This document shows, in pieces, positions 49,632-58,007 of a DNA stretch of 64,000 nucleotides (within the stretch, counting starts at the first letter, position 1; each line of letters begins with the position of its first letter). Origin of the DNA: Gemmatimonadota bacterium (GTDB taxonomy: Bacteria > Gemmatimonadota > Gemmatimonadetes > Gemmatimonadales > GWC2-71-9); NCBI GenBank assembly GCA_039589275.1, contig JBDHHP010000004.1, forward strand, positions 11,377 to 75,376, in the 5' to 3' direction. The notes beneath the pieces are model-generated. The model ran no database searches, was not told where the DNA came from, and worked only from the letters and a program-made list of their open reading frames with translations. The translations under genes and the position numbers were made by a program.

Positions 49632-51035
49632 TCAGTAGCTCGTCACGTACCGATCCACCTCCCATTGGCTCACCATGGCAGAGTATTCCAGCCACTCTTG
49701 ACGCTTGGCTTCCACGAATCGGGCGTAAATGTGTTCCCCTAAGGCGTGCCTGATGTATCGGTCCTTCTCGAGGCAGTCGAGCGCCTCGTGAAGGTCGCGT
49801 GGCAGTTCGTCGATTCGATAGCGTCGTCGCTCCCGATGACTCATGGTGAAGATGTTCTTGTTGACTGGCTCCGGCGGTGTCCATTCGTTCCTCACACCGT
49901 CCAGTCCGGCTGCTAGTTGCACCGTGAGCGCCAAGTAAGGATTGGCGGAGGGATCCGGCATGCGCAGCTCACAGCGGGTGCCCTGCCCCCTACGATCGGG
50001 GATTCGCACCATGGGAGACCGGTTCCGCATGCTCCAAGCAACATTGGTGGGTGCTTCGTAACCTGGCACTAGGCGCTTGTAGCTGTTCACCAAAGGATTG
50101 GTCAAGGCAACGAAGCCCCGCGCGTGTTTCAACAGACCGGCGACGTAGCCCAGGCCCACATCTGAGATCTGCCATTTTGCTCCAGGGTCGCTGAACGCGT
50201 TTTCGCCATCCTTGAACAGCGACTGGTGCGTGTGCATGCCCGAGCCGTTCACACCCTCAATCGGTTTCGGCATGAACGTGGCCAGGAACCCGTGGCGGTA
50301 GGCGATATTGCGAACAATGAACTTGAATGTGGCGAGGTTGTCTGCGGTCTCCAGAGCCCCGGCGTACTTGAAGTCCACCTCGTGCTGACCACGGGCGACT
50401 TCGTGGTGTCCTGCCTCGACTTCGAATCCCAAGTGGTCGAGGTCATGGATTATCAAGCGACGGATGGGCTCAGCCTTGTCAACAGGAGCCAGGTCGAAGT
50501 ACCCCCCCGCATCCTGCGTCTCCAGCGTCGGCTCTCCACTGTCGCCTACATGGAAAATGAAGAACTCCGCCTCACAGCCAGCCATCATCTCGTAGCCCAT
50601 CTTGCTGGCTTCCTCGATCTGGCGCTTGAGTGTGAGACGGGGACAGCCAGGGAAGGGAGAGCCGTCGGGTACGTAGATATCGCAGATTATCCGAGCGACC
50701 CGGCCGCCTTCATCATCGTAGGGGAAGACCTTGAAGGTGTCGAGGTCAGGCTTCAACACCATATCGCTCTCCTCGATCCGCACGAACCCCTCGATCGAGG
50801 AACCGTCAAACATTATGTCGCCGGCGACCGCCTTTGCGAACTGACTCTGGGGAACCTCGACATTCTTGTTGATGCCGGTTACGTCACTGAACTGGAGGCG
50901 CAGAAAATCGACCTCCAGTTCCCCTGCCAAGGCAAGTATGTCGGACTCACTGGCTCCTTTGGTGTCGATGTGTTTCCCGCGCACATCGAAGCTCTTCTTC
51001 GGACCGTCAACGGTAATGGACTTGCGAGATGACAA
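49632..51035 (-). CDS. glnA: Glutamine synthetase, type I
   Basis: 467 aa. TTG start 6 nt after AAGGAG. Motifs DGSSIEGF, GSGMHTHQSL and NPYLALT. Confidence 0.95.
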   Translation of the reverse strand: MSSRKSITVDGPKKSFDVRGKHIDTKGASESDILALAGELEVDFLRLQFSDVTGINKNVEVPQSQFAKAVAGDIMFDGSSIEGFVRIEESDMVLKPDLDTFKVFPYDDEGGRVARIICDIYVPDGSPFPGCPRLTLKRQIEEASKMGYEMMAGCEAEFFIFHVGDSGEPTLETQDAGGYFDLAPVDKAEPIRRLIIHDLDHLGFEVEAGHHEVARGQHEVDFKYAGALETADNLATFKFIVRNIAYRHGFLATFMPKPIEGVNGSGMHTHQSLFKDGENAFSDPGAKWQISDVGLGYVAGLLKHARGFVALTNPLVNSYKRLVPGYEAPTNVAWSMRNRSPMVRIPDRRGQGTRCELRMPDPSANPYLALTVQLAAGLDGVRNEWTPPEPVNKNIFTMSHRERRRYRIDELPRDLHEALDCLEKDRYIRHALGEHIYARFVEAKRQEWLEYSAMVSQWEVDRYVTSY

Positions 51036-51116
51036 CTGAGACTCCTTGTGTTGCGGAACGACACATGATTCCCATGGTCAGGACCGACACGATTCCGGGT
51101 TCTTTCAGGCCGGCGA

Positions 51117-51145
51117 ACAGTAGTCAGCACGCATACAGGTGTCAA
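51117..51145 (-). promoter_or_regulatory. Candidate sigma70-type promoter of glnA
   Basis: On the minus strand: TTGACA (51145-51140), a 17-nt spacer, then TACTGT (51122-51117). This leaves a leader of about 75-80 nt before the TTG start. Confidence 0.35.
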
Positions 51146-51270
51146 GACTTACGTGCAGATTGTGCACAGATAGCAGAGAAATGAGTGTGTTTGTGATAGA
51201 ACGAGGCCGGATTGCACCGGCAGCGCTGCAGAAACAGCGCGATTTGTCTGACGCGCTCGGTCGACTTCGC

Positions 51271-51579
51271 CTACTCTCCCCCTAAAGATTTGAGCAGGTC
51301 CCACAACTGCTGAGCGGAACCGGCGAAAGCAGCAAACCGGGCGTCCACCTCCTTCTCGGTCCACTCAAGGAATATCCAGCCCGAAAGCTGGTGGATGTTG
51401 CCAGAGATGAAGTGAATGCGACCGCGGACGGCGCCGACATCGGCATCTCTAGCTGTTTCTAGGAGCACGTCCCAATGACTCGAGGCTCGCTCCAGCACGC
51501 CTGCCTGCCTCGCTTTGATTTCGCTCAACGGGGGATTGAACAGTGCTTGGCTTGGCCTATCGCCGGGATCTCGTGCCAT
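51271..51579 (-). CDS. Hypothetical protein
   Basis: 102 aa of balanced composition. No obvious RBS and no family recognised. Confidence 0.4.
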   Translation of the reverse strand: MARDPGDRPSQALFNPPLSEIKARQAGVLERASSHWDVLLETARDADVGAVRGRIHFISGNIHQLSGWIFLEWTEKEVDARFAAFAGSAQQLWDLLKSLGGE

Positions 51580-51799
51580 GCGGCTAGAGTAATGCGGCGC
51601 AATCGCCGGCGCCAGCGTTCACTGACGAGTCATCGTGAGAGTGCCTACTGGTATCGCGGTGAGACCGGCGACGCGGAAAACCCGCGCTGGGAAGGAGCGG
51701 GCTACTCTGAAAGCGCTCAGACACATCCTCATATGATGGTCCACCCGTCTATATTTGTAGGCTTCCGAAGAGCAGCTCAACTGGAGACGAAGGCACGCG

Positions 51800-52567
51800 A
51801 TGAGCAACACGGCCCCCCAATCCAACTGCACCAGCTGCGGCAAGGCGGTCTCTGGCAAGTTCTGCATCCACTGCGGTGCACCCGCTGGCGGAGCCCAATG
51901 CACCAAATGTCATGCCCCGCTGCTGCCTGGCGTCAAGTTCTGCAATTCCTGTGGCTCCCGAGTCGGCGCCGAGGTGAGCGCGATTGGCGGCTCTCGGCTG
52001 CCCTGGATCGTTGCCGCCACGGCTTCCGTAATTGCTGTCCTGGTTGTTGCCGTGAGGCTCACCGCTCCGGAATCCGCGCCTCAACAGGCGCCCGAGACAG
52101 CACCTGTATCGGGAGCGGCCCCAGACATAAGCGCCCTCAGCCCACGTCAGCAGGCAGACCGGCTGTTCGACATGATAATGACGGCAGCTGAGCAGGGAGA
52201 CACCGCGAGGGTGGCGTTTCACACTACAATGGCCATCCAGGCGTACCAGATGCTGGGCGACTGGGACAACGACACGCGGTACCACGTGGGGCTAATACAT
52301 CTCGTGAGGGGCGAACCATCACAGGCCACAGAGCAGGCCAACCTCATTGAGGAGTCTGTACCCGGACATCTGCTGGCAGCCATGCTTCGCCAACTGGCGG
52401 GCGAGGCCACCGGCGATTCTTCATCGGTTGTTGAGGCATATATCAGTTTTCTCGCCAACTATGAGACCGAGGTGGCAGCCGCCAGACCTGAATACGAAAT
52501 GCATAGGGGTCAGCTCGATGCATTTCTGGCCGCGGCGCGTAGCAGCCCAGAATCACGAGAGCGCTGA
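51800..52567 (+). CDS. Double zinc-ribbon / single-TM protein with helical C-terminal domain
   Basis: 255 aa. Zinc ribbons CTSCG..CIHCG..CTKCH..CNSCG, then TM helix LPWIVAATASVIAVLVVAV. Its stop overlaps the next start (TGATG). Confidence 0.6.
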   Translation: MSNTAPQSNCTSCGKAVSGKFCIHCGAPAGGAQCTKCHAPLLPGVKFCNSCGSRVGAEVSAIGGSRLPWIVAATASVIAVLVVAVRLTAPESAPQQAPETAPVSGAAPDISALSPRQQADRLFDMIMTAAEQGDTARVAFHTTMAIQAYQMLGDWDNDTRYHVGLIHLVRGEPSQATEQANLIEESVPGHLLAAMLRQLAGEATGDSSSVVEAYISFLANYETEVAAARPEYEMHRGQLDAFLAAARSSPESRER

Positions 52568-53409
52568 TGCCGACCATCCACTTGGCTCACAGCCCCGACT
52601 CCGACGATGCGTTCATGTTCTACGCGCTGGCGAAGGAGAAGATTTCCACTGGCGACAGGGAATACCGTCATGAGCTGTGCGACATCGAATCGCTGAACCA
52701 CCGGGCTATGAGGGGCGAACTCGACGTAACGGCTGTTTCCCTTCATGCATACGCATACATCGCGGACCGCTACATCTTGCTGCCCCATGGTTCTTCGATG
52801 GGAGATCGCTACGGCCCCCGAGTGGTTGCTTCGAAACCAGCACCAGAGGATCCGCGAGCGGGCCTGCGCGGCAAGCGCGTCGCTCTCCCGGGCGAACTCA
52901 CGACGGCCGCCCTGGCTTTTCGTCTGCTTCAGCCGGATTTCCTTCCAAAATGGTTGCCCTTCGATGAAATCGAGGCCGCGGCCGCCGACGGCGCGGTGGA
53001 TGCCGGGGTGTTGATTCACGAAGGACAACTCACCTTTGAGGATCGCGGCCTTCACCTCTGGATCGACTTGGGTCAATGGTGGTTCAGTCAAACAGGACTG
53101 CCACTTCCCCTAGGGGGAAACGTCATCCGAAAGGACCTCGGTCCCGACCTCATGAATGCAATATCGAGCGACCTCCGTTCCAGCATCCTTTATGCACTGG
53201 AACACCGGAAGGAGGCGCTTGATTACGCCATGCAATACGCAGGCGACCTCGATCCGACGCGCGCAGATACTTTTGTCGGCATGTACGTAAACGACTATAC
53301 GTTGGATTACGGCGAATTGGGAAGGAAGGCCGTACAGGAGTTGCTCAATCGCGGCTCACAAGCTGGCATCATTCCTCATACCGTCACGGCCCGCTACCTG
53401 GATGCATAG
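52567..53409 (+). CDS. MqnA/MqnD-family (VitK2_biosynth, futalosine-pathway) protein
   Basis: 280 aa. The N-terminus IHLAHSPDSDDAFMFYAL resembles the MqnD-type SPCPND(T/A)FxFxAL motif. The assignment within the family is uncertain. Confidence 0.75.
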   Translation: MPTIHLAHSPDSDDAFMFYALAKEKISTGDREYRHELCDIESLNHRAMRGELDVTAVSLHAYAYIADRYILLPHGSSMGDRYGPRVVASKPAPEDPRAGLRGKRVALPGELTTAALAFRLLQPDFLPKWLPFDEIEAAAADGAVDAGVLIHEGQLTFEDRGLHLWIDLGQWWFSQTGLPLPLGGNVIRKDLGPDLMNAISSDLRSSILYALEHRKEALDYAMQYAGDLDPTRADTFVGMYVNDYTLDYGELGRKAVQELLNRGSQAGIIPHTVTARYLDA

Positions 53410-53513
53410 CCTAAGCGCGGATCCGCGTACAGTTGCACTAGATTGTACTTGCTTGACGGGTTATTCGCTCCGTCAGTGATCAACATCATGGCTCTAGGCA
53501 GAGGCGAGGTTAC

Positions 53514-54593
53514 GTGACCCCAAACGAAATGGTCCAGCCTCCCGTCCGCATCTTGGTGGTTGACGACGATGCGACGCTACGGAACGCACTCGGGCGATTC
53601 CTCTCCAATCAGGGTTACTCGGTAGACAGCGCCTCAACCGGCAACGAGGCCCTCCAGAGAATCGAAGGCGGCAGCTTTTCCGTGTTGTTGCTTGACGTAC
53701 GTATGCCTGGAATGAGTGGACTAGATGTGGTCCCGGAGGCACTCGACTTGGATCCAGACATAGCGATCCTCATGCTCAGCGGCCTGACCGACGCTACTAG
53801 TGCCGCTATCTGCATGCAACGAGGTGCGGTGGATTACCTGACCAAGCCTATCGAGCTGAATGATCTGAGTAAAGCGATCGACCGAGCTCTGCGGCATCGA
53901 GATACGCAGATGCAAAGCCGCGAGATCTCGACCTGGTTGAAGGAAGAGGTGCAGCGACGCACGGCCGAGGTCGAGATAGCGCGACAGAAACAGCAACTAC
54001 TGACGATCGCAACACTCGAAGCGCTCGTGAACGCGCTCGAGGCCAAGAGCTCCTGGCTAAGTGGCCACTCCGCCCGCGTGGCAGCCCTGGCTGCGACAAT
54101 CGCCGCCCATCTCGAACTCTCAGATGACGACGTGGAATACATTCGCATGGGTGGCCGGCTGCACGACCTCGGGATGATTGGCGTGCGCGAGGCCGTGCTT
54201 CACAAGAATAGTGAGCTGTCGAAGGAGGAGTTCGAACACATCAAGCAGCATGTGCTCATCGGCTCTCAGATCTTGGCCCCCCTGCAGCACCTGGGACCCA
54301 TCGTGTCGTTTGTACGTGGTCATCACGAACGCTGGGATGGCAGCGGCTATCCAGACGGGCTCAGCGGAGGGAACATACCGTTGGGGGCACGCGTAATCTG
54401 CGCAACGGAGATCTATGACGCGCTCACGACACCCCGGCCTTATCAAGAGAAACTGGCTCCCGAACAGGCAGTCGAGCGGATGCGTGAACTCGCAGGCACC
54501 GTCATTGATCCTGCCGTCATGGGCGCACTGACGAGCGCGGTCGAAGCCCGCCGGGCTCTCATCTTCATCGACGAGAGCAATACCACCGCGTAG
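53514..54593 (+). CDS. Response regulator with HD-GYP phosphodiesterase output (RpfG-like)
   Basis: 359 aa. Receiver (ILVVDDD; LLLDVRMPGMSG; KP) followed by HD-GYP motifs (HDLGMIGV; GHHERWDGSGYPDGL). Confidence 0.9.
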   Translation: MTPNEMVQPPVRILVVDDDATLRNALGRFLSNQGYSVDSASTGNEALQRIEGGSFSVLLLDVRMPGMSGLDVVPEALDLDPDIAILMLSGLTDATSAAICMQRGAVDYLTKPIELNDLSKAIDRALRHRDTQMQSREISTWLKEEVQRRTAEVEIARQKQQLLTIATLEALVNALEAKSSWLSGHSARVAALAATIAAHLELSDDDVEYIRMGGRLHDLGMIGVREAVLHKNSELSKEEFEHIKQHVLIGSQILAPLQHLGPIVSFVRGHHERWDGSGYPDGLSGGNIPLGARVICATEIYDALTTPRPYQEKLAPEQAVERMRELAGTVIDPAVMGALTSAVEARRALIFIDESNTTA

Positions 54594-54663
54594 CTGTTTC
54601 CTCCGTTGGCAGACAGCGACCGCCTTCGTCACGCTCGCAGCCTGCTCACCAGCCCCACACTAC

Positions 54664-55647
54664 GTGGCCTCAGTGGGGGTGGATGGCCGGAGCATCTCCA
54701 TTCTGGACGGGTCGCTGACCCCCATCACCACGCTAAGGCCTGCAGCGCTGAGCAATGGAGCACGCATCCAAGCCTTGGAGTTCTCCAGCGGCGGAGAAGT
54801 GGTGTTCGTGGCCGATTCGGGCCAGCCTGGGGGTGTGAGTTCGATTCGGCGATTCGACGGCAAGGCTCTCGATCGTTGGGACTTGCCGCCTGGTCAAGTG
54901 CCCCGATCACTGGCTCTGCCCCGAAACGGCACGGTGCTCCTCGTGTCTCATGGCTCTGCATCAGGTGCCCGAGGTCTGGGAGGAATCACCATTCTGTCTG
55001 CTTCCAACCTGCACGAGCTCGGGCGACTCGAGGTCTGCGGCGGGCGAGCCGGCGAGATCGCTGTCATGCGGACCGGAGAGCGAGCTTTTGTACGCTGCTT
55101 CGGCGACACGGTGGCGGTGGTCGACCTCGAGCTGCGACGGATTGCCCGGACAGTCGCCGTGGGCCGCCTGGCCCCCGACCAATCCGCGGTCAGACACAGT
55201 AGCTGTGGGCCGGGGAGTATAGCGCTCTCTCGAACGGAGGGCCTGTTGCTTCTCCCATGTAGCAGATCGGGATATCTGGTCTTGGTTGATCGGCTCACCA
55301 TGGAGCCGTTCGACTCCATGGTCGTGCCGCTTGGCACGTATCACATAGCCGCATCCCCAAGCCGGCCAGAGGCCCTGACGGCTCCCCGAGACCGCGCGCA
55401 GGTTAGCATCATCAACCTGAGTACCCGCGTGGTCGAGGCCAACGTGTCACTGGCGGGAGAGCCGTCGTCAATTGTCATGAGCGGCCGTGGAGATTACGCC
55501 TACGTGGCAACTCAGATTGATGCCGGTGGGAGGCTGGTGCTGCTGGACATGGGTCTACGAGCGGCGGTGGCGGTCGATTCGACCGGCGCTGGTAGAGCCC
55601 TCAGCCTATGGCCCGGCCGGTGGAGTCCTGTATTGGCTTGGCGCTAG
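54664..55647 (+). CDS. Beta-propeller repeat protein (YVTN/YncE-like), no signal peptide seen
   Basis: 327 aa with periodic roughly 40-aa repeats containing hydrophobic-strand patterns (..VFVADSG.., ..LLVSHGS.., ..AFVRCFGDTVAVVDL.., ..YAYVATQIDAGGRLVLLD..). Confidence 0.6.
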   Translation: MASVGVDGRSISILDGSLTPITTLRPAALSNGARIQALEFSSGGEVVFVADSGQPGGVSSIRRFDGKALDRWDLPPGQVPRSLALPRNGTVLLVSHGSASGARGLGGITILSASNLHELGRLEVCGGRAGEIAVMRTGERAFVRCFGDTVAVVDLELRRIARTVAVGRLAPDQSAVRHSSCGPGSIALSRTEGLLLLPCSRSGYLVLVDRLTMEPFDSMVVPLGTYHIAASPSRPEALTAPRDRAQVSIINLSTRVVEANVSLAGEPSSIVMSGRGDYAYVATQIDAGGRLVLLDMGLRAAVAVDSTGAGRALSLWPGRWSPVLAWR

Positions 55648-55678
55648 TTCTGCAGCTCCGAACCACGGGAAAAGGACA

Positions 55679-55704
55679 AGCCCGGGGCCAAAGGCACCCG
55701 GGCT
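55679..55704. terminator. Hairpin between convergent beta-propeller and pseudopilin genes
   Basis: AGCCCGGG / CCCGGGCT form a perfect 8-bp stem with a 10-nt loop. A second GC-rich segment ending in CGGCCTTTTT lies at about 55711-55751. Confidence 0.4.
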
Positions 55705-55808
55705 GTAGGGCCGGACGACGCCGCCGTCAAACGCCGTACGCGGCCTTTTTCATCACGTTTCCCCTTCGCTACGATAGTGAACATCCTGTCTCTCCTTTGT
55801 GTTCCCAG

Positions 55809-56237
55809 TCAGCGCCAGCGCTTGAGGCGTCCTAGGCGTGACACAGTCAGTGAGCCGGCCACTTCTCCCTTCTTGAGCACTATCTTGGTATTAGCGGCGC
55901 CAACACCTAAGCCGTTGGGGTACAATCGGATAGAGCTGCGGGATGCGGTTAGAGACACACCCAGGCGGGCGGGCCCGGCCTCACTGAGGATCGTGGAGTC
56001 CGGTGGTCCAAGGGCGACGGCGGTCAAGGATTCCGCGCTGAAAGCCACTCCGACGCGGGTCGAGTTCAGGACGGCCCGAAGACGGGCCCGCCGGTGAAAT
56101 CCTGCGACCTGCTCGACTGCGCGCAACACAGCGAGACGGTCCGACCACGCCGCCAGTCTTGGCACGGCCATACTGGCCAGCACCCCTAAGATCAGGATCG
56201 CGATCACCAGTTCGACCAGGGTCACTCCCCGTTGCAT
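55809..56237 (-). CDS. Prepilin-type pseudopilin (GspH/FimT-like)
   Basis: 142 aa. N-terminal methylation motif MQRG|VTLVELVIAILILGVLASMAV with Glu at +5. Confidence 0.75.
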   Translation of the reverse strand: MQRGVTLVELVIAILILGVLASMAVPRLAAWSDRLAVLRAVEQVAGFHRRARLRAVLNSTRVGVAFSAESLTAVALGPPDSTILSEAGPARLGVSLTASRSSIRLYPNGLGVGAANTKIVLKKGEVAGSLTVSRLGRLKRWR

Positions 56238-56396
56238 GGTCCAAAACTAGGGGCCTTCGGCAACCCTGTTTCACCGCTTTCGCGCGGGATTCTCCGTTTC
56301 CACGCGGACCAATGACGGCATGGCAAATGCAAGCAGGTGGCATGACCTTGCCCGCCCAACCCACCGGCGCCATACTAGGCTGTTCGCCGGGGAAGA

Positions 56397-57695
56397 GTGC
56401 TGACTGAAGGGTGGTTCATGTTGTCTACAACGAGCCGATCTTTTTCGACCTCCACCGTAACTGGCCTACACGAGCCGTTCTTGGCGCGGGCGGCGGAGCC
56501 GGACACGGCGGATTCGGGAAGCAACGGGTTGGGGGCGTTCCTGGTATTGCGAGTAGTGGACCACTTTGCGGTGGATGCTCCCAGTGTGGCTCCCGAAGCC
56601 GTCTCTTATCAGCTTCTTGCGACGCGTGAGTTCTTGCGCGACCTACACCCGCAAGATGCGGAAGTCACAACCCTACGTGAGATCGTCAGAGTAGCCCAGG
56701 CTGCGCATGACGGTGGCAGCCGAAGAATGCTGATACCGCCACTGCTCGCTTTCGCGTTTTGGTTGGAGGAGGGCCTCCGGTTGGACGAGGGTCTGGACGT
56801 GCTTGATACTGCGCTGCGGCTAAACGACGGTAGGGAGTGTGAAGAAGAGGTGGCAACCCATCTGCAGCGCGCGCGCGTGCTTCGACTCTGCGGCCGATTC
56901 GAGGATGCCAAGGTGTCGTATTCCGAGGCTGGGCGCCTGGCAACCGAGGTGGGAGACACACACTCGGTGCTTCTGTCCAGGATCGGTCGCGCGATCGTGC
57001 TGCAGAGACTGGGCAACCTGCCCGAGGCAGAGAGAGTCCTGCGGGAAATCGTAGACGATGCGCGGTTGGTGCACGACCGTGACGCTGAGGCCCGAGCGCT
57101 GCATGACTTGTCGGCCACTCTCTACGCGGCCGGGCGCGTCAAGGAAGCCATCCCTGCAGTATTCAGAGCCTACGAGCTGTATGAGCGACCGCTACACCGC
57201 GCCCGCGCACTCAGCGACACTGGCACACTGCTCAAGGAGCTCGGGCTGTACGTGGCCGCGAAGACCGCTTTGTCGCTCGTCCTCTCGCATGAACTCTCTC
57301 GAGAGGTTCGTGCACGGGCCGTACTCGAACTGCTCGAATTGAGCACTGTGGTCGGCGACCGAATGTCGTTTGAACGCTGGAGGCGTGACCTCGCCGACAC
57401 GAGAGAGCATCTGCCCGTCGACGACCTGGTTGACTACGAGATGAAGCTGGGTGCTGGCCTAGCTCGGTTTGGAAACAGCACTCAGGGTGAGAAGCACGCG
57501 GAGCGGGCGATTGCCATAGCGGAAAAGCATCGACTTGGGGAGCGCCTTTTCAGAGCAGAGGAGCTTCTAACACAGCTCCGCGGGCGCCGCACGGACGACG
57601 CTGCCCCTGCGGCGACGGCGGAAGAACCTGTCGTACGCGATCCCGAGCTGCAGAGTACGCTGGACGGCCTCCACACGCTCGCTGAGTCGCGTTGA
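56397..57695 (+). CDS. TPR-like all-helical repeat protein
   Basis: 432 aa (ATG 56418 is an alternative start). Repeated helix-pair units of about 34-40 aa (..ARVLRLCGRFEDAKVSYSEAGRLA..; ..AIVLQRLGNLPEAERVLREIV..; ..LYAAGRVKEAIPAVFRAYELY..). Confidence 0.6.
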   Translation: MLTEGWFMLSTTSRSFSTSTVTGLHEPFLARAAEPDTADSGSNGLGAFLVLRVVDHFAVDAPSVAPEAVSYQLLATREFLRDLHPQDAEVTTLREIVRVAQAAHDGGSRRMLIPPLLAFAFWLEEGLRLDEGLDVLDTALRLNDGRECEEEVATHLQRARVLRLCGRFEDAKVSYSEAGRLATEVGDTHSVLLSRIGRAIVLQRLGNLPEAERVLREIVDDARLVHDRDAEARALHDLSATLYAAGRVKEAIPAVFRAYELYERPLHRARALSDTGTLLKELGLYVAAKTALSLVLSHELSREVRARAVLELLELSTVVGDRMSFERWRRDLADTREHLPVDDLVDYEMKLGAGLARFGNSTQGEKHAERAIAIAEKHRLGERLFRAEELLTQLRGRRTDDAAPAATAEEPVVRDPELQSTLDGLHTLAESR

Positions 57696-57724
57696 TTTTG
57701 GCCCGTTTTAAGGGAGGCTCCAGT

Positions 57725-57883
57725 TCAGGTCTGAGAGCCCTGGTAGCTGGCCTGCATGCAGGTTTGCGAGCCCTGGTAGCTACCGCAATCGGACGGAGGC
57801 GCCGTCACGTCGGAGCAAGCGGCGGCGCTCAGAGCAAACGAAGCCAACAAAGCGACTACGATCAAGCGAGTACGACGAGACAT
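57725..57883 (-). CDS. Small (52-aa) lipoprotein with tandem SYQGSQT repeat
   Basis: ATG at 57883 lies 6 nt after GAGGAGGG. Sequence is MSRRTRLIVVALLASFALSAAAC|SDVTAPPSDCGSYQGSQTCMQASYQGSQT. The track ORF extends to 57946. Confidence 0.55.
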   Translation of the reverse strand: MSRRTRLIVVALLASFALSAAACSDVTAPPSDCGSYQGSQTCMQASYQGSQT

Positions 57884-57918
57884 GTTGCCCTCCTCGAATG
57901 AGACATCGGTGGTAGCCG

Positions 57919-57940
57919 GAAGTTCGTTGCCTCGAACTTC
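57919..57940. promoter_or_regulatory. 8-bp perfect inverted repeat in divergent control region
   Basis: GAAGTTCG (57919-57926), 6-nt spacer, CGAACTTC (57933-57940). Confidence 0.3.
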
Positions 57941-57960
57941 AGGCAATTATCGTGTGTCCG

Positions 57961-58007
57961 TTAGTGCTTTTTTGGGACTTCATACGTCGTTTTTGGGACA
58001 TTAGTGC
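57961..58007. promoter_or_regulatory. Phased direct repeats immediately upstream of the regulator operon
   Basis: TTTTGGGAC occurs at 57970-57978 and 57991-57999 (21-bp phasing). These are bracketed by TTAGTGC at 57961-57967 and 58001-58007. Confidence 0.35.

Noticed and set aside
51580-51799. 220-bp intergenic region with alternative GC hairpins (GCGG-AAAAC-CCGC versus CCCGC-N11-GCGGG) as a possible riboswitch or attenuator
   Set aside because: The stems are short (4-5 bp). I found no match by eye to any riboswitch core I know (ZTP, guanidine, c-di-GMP, fluoride, SAM), and there is no terminator/antiterminator logic. It is only worth a cmsearch.
51475-52191. 238-aa plus-strand ORF overlapping both the 51271-51579 (-) and 51800-52567 (+) genes
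   Set aside because: It has an Arg/Cys/Trp-rich composition. The in-phase zinc-ribbon ORF starting at 51800 is coupled to the downstream mqn-family gene.
54606-55202. 198-aa plus-strand ORF in an alternative frame to the beta-propeller gene
   Set aside because: It is Arg/Ser/Gly/Pro-rich and spurious-looking. The 54664 frame shows periodic propeller-like repeats over 327 aa.
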